Of a stretch of DNA of 64,000 bases, positions 40,062 to 50,057 are shown piece by piece. The notes below the pieces were generated by a model. That model searched no databases. It worked only from the letters and a program-made list of their open reading frames with translations, and was not told where the DNA came from. The DNA comes from an uncultured Candidatus Saccharibacteria bacterium (GTDB lineage Bacteria > Patescibacteriota > Minisyncoccia > Phycocordibacterales > CALRHW01), in the NCBI GenBank assembly GCA_964407105.1, contig CAYOUG010000001.1:96227-160226 (forward strand), written 5' to 3'. Every line of letters starts with the position of its first letter. Within the stretch, counting starts at the first letter, position 1. The translations under genes and the position numbers were made by a program.

Positions 40062-40186
40062 TCCGAAAATTATTTCAGCGTAGCTTTTGAGGGGGGGTCT
40101 CGAGCGCGACGGCGCGAGAGCTTCAGGATTTTTTAAGCTTCAAAAAATCCGTACCCCACAAAAGCTATGATGAAATAATTTTCGGA
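40062..40186. repeat. Branched inverted-repeat element between rpsG and fusA
   Basis: Outer arms tccgaaaattatttca..tagctttt / aaaagcta..tgaaataattttcgga enclose two inner hairpins. Confidence 0.7.
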
Positions 40187-40197
40187 AACCCAACAAC

Positions 40198-40668
40198 TTA
40201 CCACGCAAAGTGAGCAAAAGCCTTGTTTGCTTCGGCCATTTTGTGTGTGTTTTCTCTCTTCTTCACAGCTTCACCTTCGTTTTTACTTGCGGCGATAATT
40301 TCATCGGCAAGTCGCACGTGCATAGGAGAGCCCTTTTTTGCTCGAGCGGCTTCGATAATCCATTTCATAGAAAGTGCGAGACGTCGTTCTGGTCGAACTT
40401 CTCGAGGAATCTGATAATTTGCTCCACCAACACGTCGTGATCGCACTTCCATAAGAGGACTTGTGTTTTTAAGTGCCATATCAAGAATCTCAATAGGATC
40501 AGTTACTTTTGCTTTTTCTTTTAATTGTTCCATAGCAGCATACACAACCTTTTGAGCGGTTTGCTTTTTACCATCGTTCATCACGTAGTTTATAAGTTTG
40601 CCGATTTTTGTAGATTCATATACAAAATCTGGTCCTACGATATTTCTGTTTTTTACTTTTCGTCTCAT
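40198..40668 (-). CDS. rpsG: 30S ribosomal protein S7
   Basis: EVRSRRVGGANYQ, HKMAEANKAFAHF. Confidence 0.98.
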   Translation of the reverse strand: MRRKVKNRNIVGPDFVYESTKIGKLINYVMNDGKKQTAQKVVYAAMEQLKEKAKVTDPIEILDMALKNTSPLMEVRSRRVGGANYQIPREVRPERRLALSMKWIIEAARAKKGSPMHVRLADEIIAASKNEGEAVKKRENTHKMAEANKAFAHFAW

Positions 40669-40683
40669 AGATCAGTCTGATTA

Positions 40684-41094
40684 TTATTTCTTAGGTTTTT
40701 TAGCTCCGTACACGCTTCGGCTTGTCATTCGCTTGTCTACACCAGTAGCATCGAGCACGCCACGCACAATAGTGTATCGAAGACCAACGTCCTTTACACG
40801 TCCACCTCGAATCATGACCACTGAATGCTCTTGGAGATTGTGACCGATACCTGGAATATATGCAGTAACTTCCATACCATTTGAAAGACGCACACGAGCG
40901 ATTTTTCGAATAGCAGAATTAGGTTTTCGAGGGGTTTTTGTGGTTACTTTTGTACAAACACCTCGCTTGAAAGGGGCGGCAAAATATACTGGGCGATTTT
41001 TAAGAACGTTAAAACCACGAGAAAGAGCGACAGCTTTTGACTTTCGTTTTGTTTTGCTTCTTTTTCGTTTTACTAGTTGATTTATCGTTGACAT
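40684..41094 (-). CDS. rpsL: 30S ribosomal protein S12
   Basis: [28 protein letters not shown]. Confidence 0.98.
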   Translation of the reverse strand: MSTINQLVKRKRSKTKRKSKAVALSRGFNVLKNRPVYFAAPFKRGVCTKVTTKTPRKPNSAIRKIARVRLSNGMEVTAYIPGIGHNLQEHSVVMIRGGRVKDVGLRYTIVRGVLDATGVDKRMTSRSVYGAKKPKK

Positions 41095-41166
41095 ATATAA
41101 ACCGCTTACCGTTTAAAAAGGATACGACATACTCTAATATGTAACCATAAAAAATGCAAGCAGGCG

Positions 41167-41784
41167 CTATAAGCTAAAACCTGTAATAAGCCAAAATATT
41201 AATCCGATAATCGGAGAAAGTACTGGCCAAAGAAAGAAAATGAAAATAAGCACAAGAAAAAATCCATACATCTCAAGAAAGTTACGAACCTTGCGCATAT
41301 GATAAGGCAGAATGGCAAATAAAATTTTTGAACCATCGAGAGGTGCGATTGGCACAAGATTAAACACTGCAAGTAAAATGTTGATGAACACAAGCGAAGC
41401 GGAGATGGTTATTACATCTGTAGAAAGAAGTCCTGCGGGCACAGCAAAACGAATTATGAGTCCGAAAAAAACAGCAATAACAATATTAGATAATGGTCCA
41501 GCCCCAGCCACTATAGCTTCTCCCCACTTACCACCACGCTGAAAATTGTATGGGTTATATGGCACTGGTTTTGCCCAACCAAATACAAAACCAGCTTTTG
41601 TGATTACTAGAAGAATCGGAAGAATAACAGAACCAAAAATATCTAAGTGTTTTAAAGGATTAAGTGTCAGTCTGCCTTCATTTTTTGCTGTTGGATCACC
41701 AAGTATGTACGCAGCATAACCATGCGACACCTCGTGCACCACGACAGACATGATCAAAAGAATGATTTGAAACAGTGTATCCAT
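41167..41784 (-). CDS. Site-2 protease (M50 family)
   Basis: HEVSHG, GRLTLNPLKH, FNLVPIAPLDG. Confidence 0.92.
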   Translation of the reverse strand: MDTLFQIILLIMSVVVHEVSHGYAAYILGDPTAKNEGRLTLNPLKHLDIFGSVILPILLVITKAGFVFGWAKPVPYNPYNFQRGGKWGEAIVAGAGPLSNIVIAVFFGLIIRFAVPAGLLSTDVITISASLVFINILLAVFNLVPIAPLDGSKILFAILPYHMRKVRNFLEMYGFFLVLIFIFFLWPVLSPIIGLIFWLITGFSL

Positions 41785-41845
41785 ACTTGCTAAATATAGA
41801 CCATATGATAGCATACAGAACATTCAATACGAATAGTTTACTAAC

Positions 41846-42088
41846 ATGGCAAAAATTTGCGCAATAACAAAAAGAGGTTCTATTGTAGGTGGTGGTTATA
41901 GCAACCGTACTCGTGCAACCCAGTTTAATCCAACGGGTAAAACACGAAAATACTTAAACCTACAAAGAAAAAAGATTTATGTGCCTGAACTTAAAAAGCA
42001 TATTATTTTAAGCGTTTCTACTAGAGCACTCAAAACTATAAATAAAAACGGAGCGTTTGCTACTCTAAAAAAAGCAGGGCTTATTTAA
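41846..42088 (+). CDS. rpmB: 50S ribosomal protein L28
   Basis: MAKICAIT, RKYLNLQ, VSTRALKTI. Confidence 0.88.
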   Translation: MAKICAITKRGSIVGGGYSNRTRATQFNPTGKTRKYLNLQRKKIYVPELKKHIILSVSTRALKTINKNGAFATLKKAGLI

Positions 42089-42172
42089 AAAATAATCCTA
42101 AAAAAACAAAAAGCCCGAAAGGGTTTTTTGTTTTACAAAATAAAGATCCCCCAACGCCGTTGCGAAAGAGGA

Positions 42173-42784
42173 TCAGGTGCTCTGTTGAGAGAAAGAGGTT
42201 TCATCAACAGCCACGAAAAGTTGATACCGACCAAACCGCCAGAATGGATCATGGAAAGTGCCGGAGTTTACACTCCAACCACCAAACCATCCCGGACGCC
42301 AAAACACAAAAACCGGGCAAAGCACACCTGCGTGGTTTAACACAGGAAAGATGTTCAGATCACCATTTGTTCTGAGAACACCCGCCTTACCCTTTCTTTG
42401 CGCTTTCATCAAAAAGTAGACCTGAGCAAGGCCGGTGCGGTGGTTTTCTCCCAAAACAACGGGTTCGTTGGTCTCAGGAAGTGGTTTGGACACAAAGCAA
42501 ACGAGAATACTCGCCTGACTTGGTTCTTCTACCACCCCTCCAAAGTTTGCAACAAAACGCTTGCCTCGGTCTACAATTTTGACTCCCGTGAAGAGATTCC
42601 GCCCCCGCACGAAATTGCGCCTAACAACAAACTCTTCTTTGATTCTCGGTACCACAACCGGAGACAGATCTCTTAGGGTAATTGGTTCCGAATTCAAAGA
42701 TGCTGTTTTTGGCACAGTCTGATTATCAGACACTGAACGCAGGAATTCGCGCCACGAGCGCAGATCTCCAATACTCATACTCAT
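42173..42784 (-). CDS. Orphan-type hypothetical protein
   Basis: AGGAGGT SD before ATG; motif LMKAQ..G.L.TNG..NIF..W; hairpin at 3' end. Confidence 0.65.
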   Translation of the reverse strand: MSMSIGDLRSWREFLRSVSDNQTVPKTASLNSEPITLRDLSPVVVPRIKEEFVVRRNFVRGRNLFTGVKIVDRGKRFVANFGGVVEEPSQASILVCFVSKPLPETNEPVVLGENHRTGLAQVYFLMKAQRKGKAGVLRTNGDLNIFPVLNHAGVLCPVFVFWRPGWFGGWSVNSGTFHDPFWRFGRYQLFVAVDETSFSQQST

Positions 42785-42887
42785 TTTCCACCTCCTTTCT
42801 TTTTGTGGATGAATTTTAGTATGTTCTAATATAGGAGTATACACGATAAAGAATCATTTAAAATGGGTAGGTGTGAATATGAAATAA

Positions 42888-43802
42888 TCAGAATATTCGT
42901 CTAAAAATTTCTCCATTAGATTTAAACATCACCGTCCCCTCTTTAAAAGTAACTAATGTAGAGATATCACTTTTTGAAAGCCGACCAAGTACATCTTCGT
43001 GAGGATGTCCATAGCGATTATTTTCCCCCGCAGAAATAACAGCAACATCCGGAGATACAGCTTTAATAAAGATTTCACTTGTTGATGTTTTTGAGCCGTG
43101 ATGTGCCACCTTTAATATATCGCTATCAAGAAAAAACATGCCGGACAAAGCTTGGCTAAATTTTTTGTGTGAAAATTCATCAAGCTCAACCAAATATCCC
43201 TCCATATCATCTGTAGTATCCCCCGTAAGCATCACTGAAGTATTTTTATAAACAAGTTTCGCTACTATCGAGCCATCGTTTGTAGAAAACGTAGAGACAT
43301 CACGGTCCGGAAAAAGAATAATGAGATGCACCTCATTATCAATTTTAAAATCCATACCCCGTCGAGCAATAATCTTTTTTGTACCAACCCCTTTTACCTC
43401 TTCATCAATCTTTTTTTCTAATTCTTTGTAAACCGCTGTTTCTGGCATTGTGCCCGGCTCAACAACAGCACCAACTTCGTATTTTTCTAACACATCAATA
43501 AATCCAGCTATATGATCTTTATCTGGATTTGTCACAAATATCATATCTATAGAGTTATCAAAAAGAGGCATTAATTTTGCGAGATGTTGAGAAATAGAAT
43601 TATCTGGCCCACCATCTACAATAATTTGATTACCATTTGGAGTTTCAATGAAAATCGCATCTCCTTGACCAATATCCAAAAAAGCGACAAAAAGCTCATT
43701 GCTTGGCCTAAAATCTAGCACTTCTCGCCAAACAAAAAACAATCCGATAATAAAAATTATTAAAAGTGAAATTTTTGGATATGTAAAAACGCGTTTTAAC
43801 AT
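42888..43802 (-). CDS. ComEC/Rec2-type MBL-fold hydrolase domain protein
   Basis: DIGQGDA, TNPDKDHIAG, LKVAHHGS, NRYGHPH. Confidence 0.9.
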   Translation of the reverse strand: MLKRVFTYPKISLLIIFIIGLFFVWREVLDFRPSNELFVAFLDIGQGDAIFIETPNGNQIIVDGGPDNSISQHLAKLMPLFDNSIDMIFVTNPDKDHIAGFIDVLEKYEVGAVVEPGTMPETAVYKELEKKIDEEVKGVGTKKIIARRGMDFKIDNEVHLIILFPDRDVSTFSTNDGSIVAKLVYKNTSVMLTGDTTDDMEGYLVELDEFSHKKFSQALSGMFFLDSDILKVAHHGSKTSTSEIFIKAVSPDVAVISAGENNRYGHPHEDVLGRLSKSDISTLVTFKEGTVMFKSNGEIFRRIF

Positions 43803-43827
43803 TACATTTGTGATATATTAGTTAGAT

Positions 43828-44427
43828 ATGAAACCATACACAGAAAAACAATTTAATATCGGGGATCTCGTGGGTATTTCAAAGAAAAATATCGAAGAAC
43901 ATCTAAAACTTTATTCTGGTTATGTAAAAAACACTAACCTGATTTTTCAAAAACTCGACGAATTGCGAACTGATAGCGAAAAAAATACATTTGTTATAGG
44001 TGAATTACAGCGTCGACTCGGTTTTGAATTTGATGGAATGCGTAACCATGAATATTATTTTCATAGTTTTGAAGGTGGTTCACAAACTTTAAATAGCGAT
44101 AACGCATTTGCTATGGCAATTTCTTCTCAATTTGGAAGTTTTGATGCGTGGCTTTCGGTTTTTAAATCTATCGCACTCACGCGTGGTGTGGGCTGGGCAA
44201 TTCTTTATTATGACAATCAAACCGGCCAATTCGTAAATACTTGGGTTGAAGAACAACATCTTGGACATCTCACTGGACTGCAACCAATACTTGCTCTTGA
44301 TATGTGGGAACATGCATATGTTTACGATTTCCCTACTTCTGAAAAGAAAAAATATGTTGAAGCATTTTTTGCGAATCTAAATTGGAGCGTGATTGAAGAA
44401 AATTTTAAAAAAGCAAAAGATTTGTAG
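43828..44427 (+). CDS. sod: Fe/Mn superoxide dismutase
   Basis: NHEYYF, FGSFD, GVGWA, DMWEHAY. Confidence 0.9.
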   Translation: MKPYTEKQFNIGDLVGISKKNIEEHLKLYSGYVKNTNLIFQKLDELRTDSEKNTFVIGELQRRLGFEFDGMRNHEYYFHSFEGGSQTLNSDNAFAMAISSQFGSFDAWLSVFKSIALTRGVGWAILYYDNQTGQFVNTWVEEQHLGHLTGLQPILALDMWEHAYVYDFPTSEKKKYVEAFFANLNWSVIEENFKKAKDL

Positions 44428-44520
44428 AAACTCTCGCAGACAACAAAAATAATACTTAAGGCGAATTAATAAAAGCATGTGATTTTTTACTATGCATGGT
44501 TTTGATTTATGCGATATATT

Positions 44521-46041
44521 TCAAACATCATTTTTGTTGTTTGTAATTAAACATTTGTTATACAAAAGCCAACCCAACACAACAATATAAACCACCAATA
44601 CAATCCATACAGAAAACACCACAAACTCTCTGTAAGCAAAAGGTATTTTCACAGAAATTCGAACAACACTAAATATATAATCGAGTAAAATATAAGCAAT
44701 GTAAGCTGGAAAAATTGCCAAAAAAACCGATACGAATCCAAATAAACCAGAAATAAAACTCATAAGCATTGCAATGGGTATGATCGCAATCACAAGAAGA
44801 TTTGTAAAAATAGAAACAAAAGAAACCATACCGGTCATAAAGACAAGCATGGGTAACAAAAAAAGCTGGGTAGAAAGTGTAGAAGCAACACACGATCGTA
44901 TTTGAAACTTTTTTGGCAACCACCACAAACGATGTTCCATAGCTGGTACAAATGCAATCAGTGCAAAAGTAGCCATACACGAAAGTTGAAAAGACGGATC
45001 AGAAAGTAAAATGTGTGGGTTGTAAAAAACCATTGCGCACGAAGCTACAGCAAGTGCACGCAATACATCATAAGTACGGCCAGTAAGACGGGCTATGAGT
45101 AAAAGAAGTGACATAATAGATGCACGCACCACAGTTGCTCCCCCACCGGTAAGTATTGCAAAACAGAAAATACCAAGTGCACCAAAAGCACCCGCCCATA
45201 CTTTTGGCAAAAAAGAAAAAAGATGAATCATAAAATCTGCGACAATCGTAACGTTGTATCCGGACAAAACCACCACGTGTATGAGTCCAGCTTTTCTAAA
45301 ATCGTCTTGCAAATCTTTACCAAGTGAATGTTTTGTACCAAGCAAAATACCGCCCGCAAGCGAAGCGTGTGGTTCTCTAATAACACGAGAAATACTTTGC
45401 ATAAACGCACTTTTTATACGAAGCATAAAACTTTTTAAAATATTTCCGTGTCCACCAGATACAAAATTTATTTGTGGTTGGAATATTTGATAAACAACAT
45501 CGTCTTTTTTCAAATACGAAACATAATCAAATTCTCGGCCGGTGTTTGTTTTAAAATTTTCTGGTTTTTCAAGTGGACCCACGACAGAAACAATGTCTCC
45601 ATAAGAAAAATTTTGATACAAAGAAGTAATAAGAATAATTTTTTCATCTCCAGACGGTTTGTTTGTTTCAACATCTACCGGAAGTACAGTAAGACGTATT
45701 GAGGACTCTCGCACATCTGGTTCTTCTGTAATACGTGCAAAAAACTCTACGTCTCTACCCACACGCGCCTTTAAAAATTCATTTTCTTTAAATAATTCGT
45801 GTGTATAAGAATAACGAAGTGTCCCGATACTCATAGAAAAAACACATAATACAAAAAGAAAAAATATCCGCACAACAAAAATGTGCTTTTTTATTTTTGT
45901 CACATAAAACATAAAAAGCAGAAAAATTGCAGAAAGCACAAAAAACCATATCGCAAGAAAAAGAGAAAAAACATAAAAAGAACCCAGTATAATTCCAAAT
46001 AAAAATCCAACAACTATTGTGTACAATGTCGAACCATTCAT
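44521..46041 (-). CDS. comEC: ComEC competence membrane protein (OB plus competence domain)
   Basis: GLIHVVVLSGYNV, VVRASIM, SFQLS; many TM helices. Confidence 0.92.
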   Translation of the reverse strand: MNGSTLYTIVVGFLFGIILGSFYVFSLFLAIWFFVLSAIFLLFMFYVTKIKKHIFVVRIFFLFVLCVFSMSIGTLRYSYTHELFKENEFLKARVGRDVEFFARITEEPDVRESSIRLTVLPVDVETNKPSGDEKIILITSLYQNFSYGDIVSVVGPLEKPENFKTNTGREFDYVSYLKKDDVVYQIFQPQINFVSGGHGNILKSFMLRIKSAFMQSISRVIREPHASLAGGILLGTKHSLGKDLQDDFRKAGLIHVVVLSGYNVTIVADFMIHLFSFLPKVWAGAFGALGIFCFAILTGGGATVVRASIMSLLLLIARLTGRTYDVLRALAVASCAMVFYNPHILLSDPSFQLSCMATFALIAFVPAMEHRLWWLPKKFQIRSCVASTLSTQLFLLPMLVFMTGMVSFVSIFTNLLVIAIIPIAMLMSFISGLFGFVSVFLAIFPAYIAYILLDYIFSVVRISVKIPFAYREFVVFSVWIVLVVYIVVLGWLLYNKCLITNNKNDV

Positions 46042-46247
46042 ACATTAAATATACAAATTAAATCTCAAGAACTTATAAAAAAAAGATAAAGTAATTTTAT
46101 TGACTTTTTTATTTTTTGTATTACTTTATAGAAAGAATCGCTGACTCGACAGCTTTCTGTACATGAAGTATCTCGAGTGGACCTGAAATCCATTTGAGAT
46201 GGAGACTGACCTCCTTTGTACAAAATTCGAGCAAAAGGAATGGTTAA

Positions 46248-46913
46248 ATGACCAAACTTGAACGCCTGTTCTTTGATGGTAGGGTGTCACCACTACTCTT
46301 GAGATTGTGGTGCCCAATAGATGGTCACAAAATGGTGAAGATGTGGTACAAGAACAGAAATGAGGGGGCGTTCTTCTCAATCATCTTCTTGTTTTGTACG
46401 GCTTTCTTTGTTTTCAAGTACATTACAACTTCTACTATTTTTTGGCACAACGGTGATTTTGGCACCTCCAGCATCAGCCTGCTCGAATTGGGGTTGATCT
46501 GTATCCCTTACGCCATGTTTGGTTTTTCTGGACTTTTCGTGTTCAAAATGCTTTTACGCAACCTCCACTACAAAACAGATCCATTCGAAGACGTAAGCAA
46601 ATTCCCTGATACTAAATTCTTTGACGCCTGCGACAGGCTAGCAGAGATTTTAGAAATTAGCACCGCAGGATACGCGAGCAAGGAGTGGATCAGACAAGCA
46701 GTAGACACACATCTCGTAAGAATCGGTCGACATGTGGTCGATGAAGAAAAGAGTGGAGTAAGAGACTCTGAAACATTAGAAGAAAACCGAAAAAAAATGA
46801 GAGAAGATCACAGCTTTCTGGTAGATAATTTTCCAGCGGTTGTGGACGGAACCTTCAATAGATATTACCAAATAGCAGAAGAAAAATGGGCTGAGGAAAA
46901 CAGCCCAACTTAA
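46248..46913 (+). CDS. Orphan membrane protein
   Basis: TTGACT promoter, structured leader, AAGGA SD, 2 TM helices, terminator at 46944-46983. Confidence 0.6.
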   Translation: MTKLERLFFDGRVSPLLLRLWCPIDGHKMVKMWYKNRNEGAFFSIIFLFCTAFFVFKYITTSTIFWHNGDFGTSSISLLELGLICIPYAMFGFSGLFVFKMLLRNLHYKTDPFEDVSKFPDTKFFDACDRLAEILEISTAGYASKEWIRQAVDTHLVRIGRHVVDEEKSGVRDSETLEENRKKMREDHSFLVDNFPAVVDGTFNRYYQIAEEKWAEENSPT

Positions 46914-46994
46914 CTGTTCATCCGTTCGATCACCCGTCTCTCCAGCGCCTCACACCCCCTTGGTGTTGTGGGCGCTTTTTTTATAAATCTAAAA

Positions 46995-47741
46995 TTACAT
47001 TTTCCACTGCGCAATAATGATTTTCTCCTCTGATTCATTTAACGCCTTCTTAAATTTTGCACCAGAAATACCATTCACGCGACGTTCACATTCTTCCCAT
47101 GTTTTATGTGTTTCTATTTTTCCATTTACCATACTCAAATATGAATAAGCCTTAGAGCGAGAACGACTTTTTGAAGTACTTTTTTCTTTTTTTTGTTCTG
47201 TATTAAAAGAAATATTTGAGATATCAAAATTATAATCTGCACGATTTCCTAAAAAAAGTTTTTGAGTTTGACCTTCTGCAAAATTAGAAGCTATTTCATC
47301 GACCCTTTCATTACCCACAATGCCAATATGTCCACCAACATACTTCCAAGAGATTTTTGTATCAAAAAACTTAATGTTTTCAACAGCATTATCGAGTCTC
47401 TCCCACAAATCCTTATTTATTACATCTTCTTTTTGTAGGGTTTTCCATTGACGCTTTTTCCATCCAGCAATCCATTTTGTGATACCGTTTATTACATAAT
47501 TTGAATCAGTGTAAAGTGTAATTGGTAACTTTGATAATTCTGGCTCACCGTTCATATTTTCCACGACAATTTCTAGTGCTTTTATTGCACCCATAAGCTC
47601 CATTCTATTATTTGTTGTGTGCGTCTCTTTTCCACCAAGTTCAACTATTGTATCGCCCAAAGATACAATCGCTCCCCAACCACCCGGCCCAGGATTACCT
47701 TTCGATGCTCCGTCACTGAAAATTATTATCTCTGATTTCAT
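46995..47741 (-). CDS. rnhA: Ribonuclease HI with C-terminal hybrid-binding (Cauli_VI-like) domain
   Basis: SDGASKGNPGPGGWG, TNNRMEL, GNERVD; TWEECERRVNG. Confidence 0.93.
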   Translation of the reverse strand: MKSEIIIFSDGASKGNPGPGGWGAIVSLGDTIVELGGKETHTTNNRMELMGAIKALEIVVENMNGEPELSKLPITLYTDSNYVINGITKWIAGWKKRQWKTLQKEDVINKDLWERLDNAVENIKFFDTKISWKYVGGHIGIVGNERVDEIASNFAEGQTQKLFLGNRADYNFDISNISFNTEQKKEKSTSKSRSRSKAYSYLSMVNGKIETHKTWEECERRVNGISGAKFKKALNESEEKIIIAQWKM

Positions 47742-47834
47742 ATTTTGATAATTATATACATAAAACTAAAAACGGTCTTCAAACAAATTAGCAAAAAATT
47801 ATAGAGTGTTTAGATTTAATAATTTTTTCTTTTT

Positions 47835-49568
47835 TTAAACAATAATATCAACAATTCTTAATCGTAATTCTGGATAATTTTTAAACATAGATTTTTCAAG
47901 TGTCGCTACAAGATTAATGCTCATACCCGATTTAAGCTGTTCACGAGTGTGAGCTGAAGCAAAAAAAGCTATTGCTGAAACCGGTTTGCTTTCGCTTGTG
48001 ATAAAACGTAATTCTAAATGATTTTTTTCCTTACCAAATAATTTACATTCTTTAATCACAATCCGTTCAAACATAAAAAGAGGTTTCGGATTGCCCACGC
48101 CAAACGGCGCAAGTTGTTCAATAATTTTGTATGTATTCCAATTTACATCATCAAGACTAAGTTTTTTGTCTATCATCACTGGTTCTATGCCTATCCCCAG
48201 CCCCTTCTCCGCAAGAATAGAATGTGCAGACACAAGCACGTCTTCAAGTGTGTGAATTTTTTCGTGAGACACAGAAAAACCGCCGGACATTTTGTGACCA
48301 CCGTATGCAATAAAAGAATCTTTTGCGCCGTGCATAATATCTACCACACTCAGAGTTCCGTCGGAACGACACGAACCTTTTATCACCGAACCATCTTCTC
48401 TTCCCCAAAGAAACACACTGCAACCATAATCATCTTTTAATGTATTTGCTACAAGTCCCAAAAGAGATGGTTTCCAATCTGGATTGCCGAGCACAATAAC
48501 TTTTTTCATCGTTCCTCCACTAATGCGATGCTCTATCGTTTTTTTTATTTCTTTTACCATTGACGCCACAATTCCCTTTCGTTCGTCGTTTATAGCGTGC
48601 AAATGTTCACTGAGCATTCCAGCTTCTACCTCATCTTTTGTTGAAAGTAATTTAAAAGCATCAAGTGGTACACCCATTCTAGAAGCGGCGTTGATGCGCG
48701 GAGAAATCATAAAACCAATATCATCTTCGGTAATATATCGCTGATTAGTTTTTACTTTTTTTAAAAGCTTCATAAGTCCAACGCGTGGAGAAATACGAAG
48801 CACTTTCAAACCATAATACGCAAAAACTCTGTTTTCACCCACAAGTGGCACCATGTCTGAAAGAGTTGCAAGGCCCACCATATCCAAAAGCCATTTTTCC
48901 CAACCATAAGTAATATCTTTCACAATCTCTCTTTGACGCGCCGTGTGCACAAGCGCCTGCACAAATTTAAAAATAACCCCCGAACCACAAAGAATTTTTT
49001 CTGGATACTGACAATCTGCTTGTTTTGGATTGAGAATCGCATAAGCCGGTGGAATTTCAAGACCGGTTTCGTGATGGTCTGTAATAATCACATCGATACC
49101 AAGATCATTTGCACGACGCACAGGCAAAACATCAGCAATTCCACAGTCAATCGTGATAATAAGTTTAGCTCCATCACGCGCAAATTCTTCCACGGCTTCA
49201 ATATTTAAACCAAAACCCTCTTCGGTACGATGTGGAATATAATTTTCAAAATTTTCAAAAGCGATTTTTTTAAAAAAATCATGAAGCACCACCGCTCCCG
49301 GAATACCATCTGCGTCATAATCGCTATAAATGATTATTTTTTCGTTGTTTTTTATTGCTTTCAATGCTCGCTCTACCGCACGCTCCATGTCTTTCATACG
49401 ATACGGATGATGATTGTCGCGGTCATAATCTGGATTTAAAAATTGTTCCGCCGTTTCTTTTGTTGTAAAACCACGCGATTTAAGAAGAGACTGCATGAGT
49501 TCCGGATACACCGCAAGATCGTCTTGTGTTGGTAATGCTGTGTGTTCTCGAACCACATAACTATTCAT
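47835..49568 (-). CDS. recJ: Single-stranded DNA exonuclease RecJ
   Basis: DYDADG, TDHH, PRINAASR, GGH, PFGVGNP. Confidence 0.95.
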   Translation of the reverse strand: MNSYVVREHTALPTQDDLAVYPELMQSLLKSRGFTTKETAEQFLNPDYDRDNHHPYRMKDMERAVERALKAIKNNEKIIIYSDYDADGIPGAVVLHDFFKKIAFENFENYIPHRTEEGFGLNIEAVEEFARDGAKLIITIDCGIADVLPVRRANDLGIDVIITDHHETGLEIPPAYAILNPKQADCQYPEKILCGSGVIFKFVQALVHTARQREIVKDITYGWEKWLLDMVGLATLSDMVPLVGENRVFAYYGLKVLRISPRVGLMKLLKKVKTNQRYITEDDIGFMISPRINAASRMGVPLDAFKLLSTKDEVEAGMLSEHLHAINDERKGIVASMVKEIKKTIEHRISGGTMKKVIVLGNPDWKPSLLGLVANTLKDDYGCSVFLWGREDGSVIKGSCRSDGTLSVVDIMHGAKDSFIAYGGHKMSGGFSVSHEKIHTLEDVLVSAHSILAEKGLGIGIEPVMIDKKLSLDDVNWNTYKIIEQLAPFGVGNPKPLFMFERIVIKECKLFGKEKNHLELRFITSESKPVSAIAFFASAHTREQLKSGMSINLVATLEKSMFKNYPELRLRIVDIIV

Positions 49569-49645
49569 GCGATACATTTTATCACGAAAGATTTTTTTGT
49601 AAGGAAAAATTCGCACGAACACACAAGAATGTTACAATGTCACTT

Positions 49646-50008
49646 ATGGAAAACTGTATTTTTTGCAAAATAATAAGTGGTGATGTGCCATCACACAAAA
49701 TATACGAAGATAATGATTTTTTAGCGTTTTTAGATATCAATCCCCGCTCACCCGGACACACTCTTGTAATCCCAAAAAAACATTATCGTTGGGTGTGGGA
49801 CGTACCGAACGTTGGAAAATATTTTGAAATAACAAAAAAAATCGCTCTCGCGCAACAAAAATCATTTGGAACAGAAATGATCCTTTCAAAAATAGTTGGA
49901 GAAGAAGTGTCTCACGCACACATTTGGGTGTTTCCTCAACCAGAAACCGCTCAGGGTGACAAAAAAGCATTTGAAGAAAATGCTAAGAAAATAAAAGCCT
50001 GTATGTAG
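49646..50008 (+). CDS. HIT-family nucleotide hydrolase
   Basis: CIFCKI, GHTLVIPKKH, HAHIW. Confidence 0.9.
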   Translation: MENCIFCKIISGDVPSHKIYEDNDFLAFLDINPRSPGHTLVIPKKHYRWVWDVPNVGKYFEITKKIALAQQKSFGTEMILSKIVGEEVSHAHIWVFPQPETAQGDKKAFEENAKKIKACM

Positions 50009-50057
50009 CGACGCACAGCTTTCCTTCTGCGCCAAGTACTCTATCCACACCAACATT

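Noticed and set aside
21971-40843. Many 60-180 aa antisense ORFs over ribosomal, tuf and fusA genes
   Set aside because: Shadow frames of conserved genes with no independent signals.
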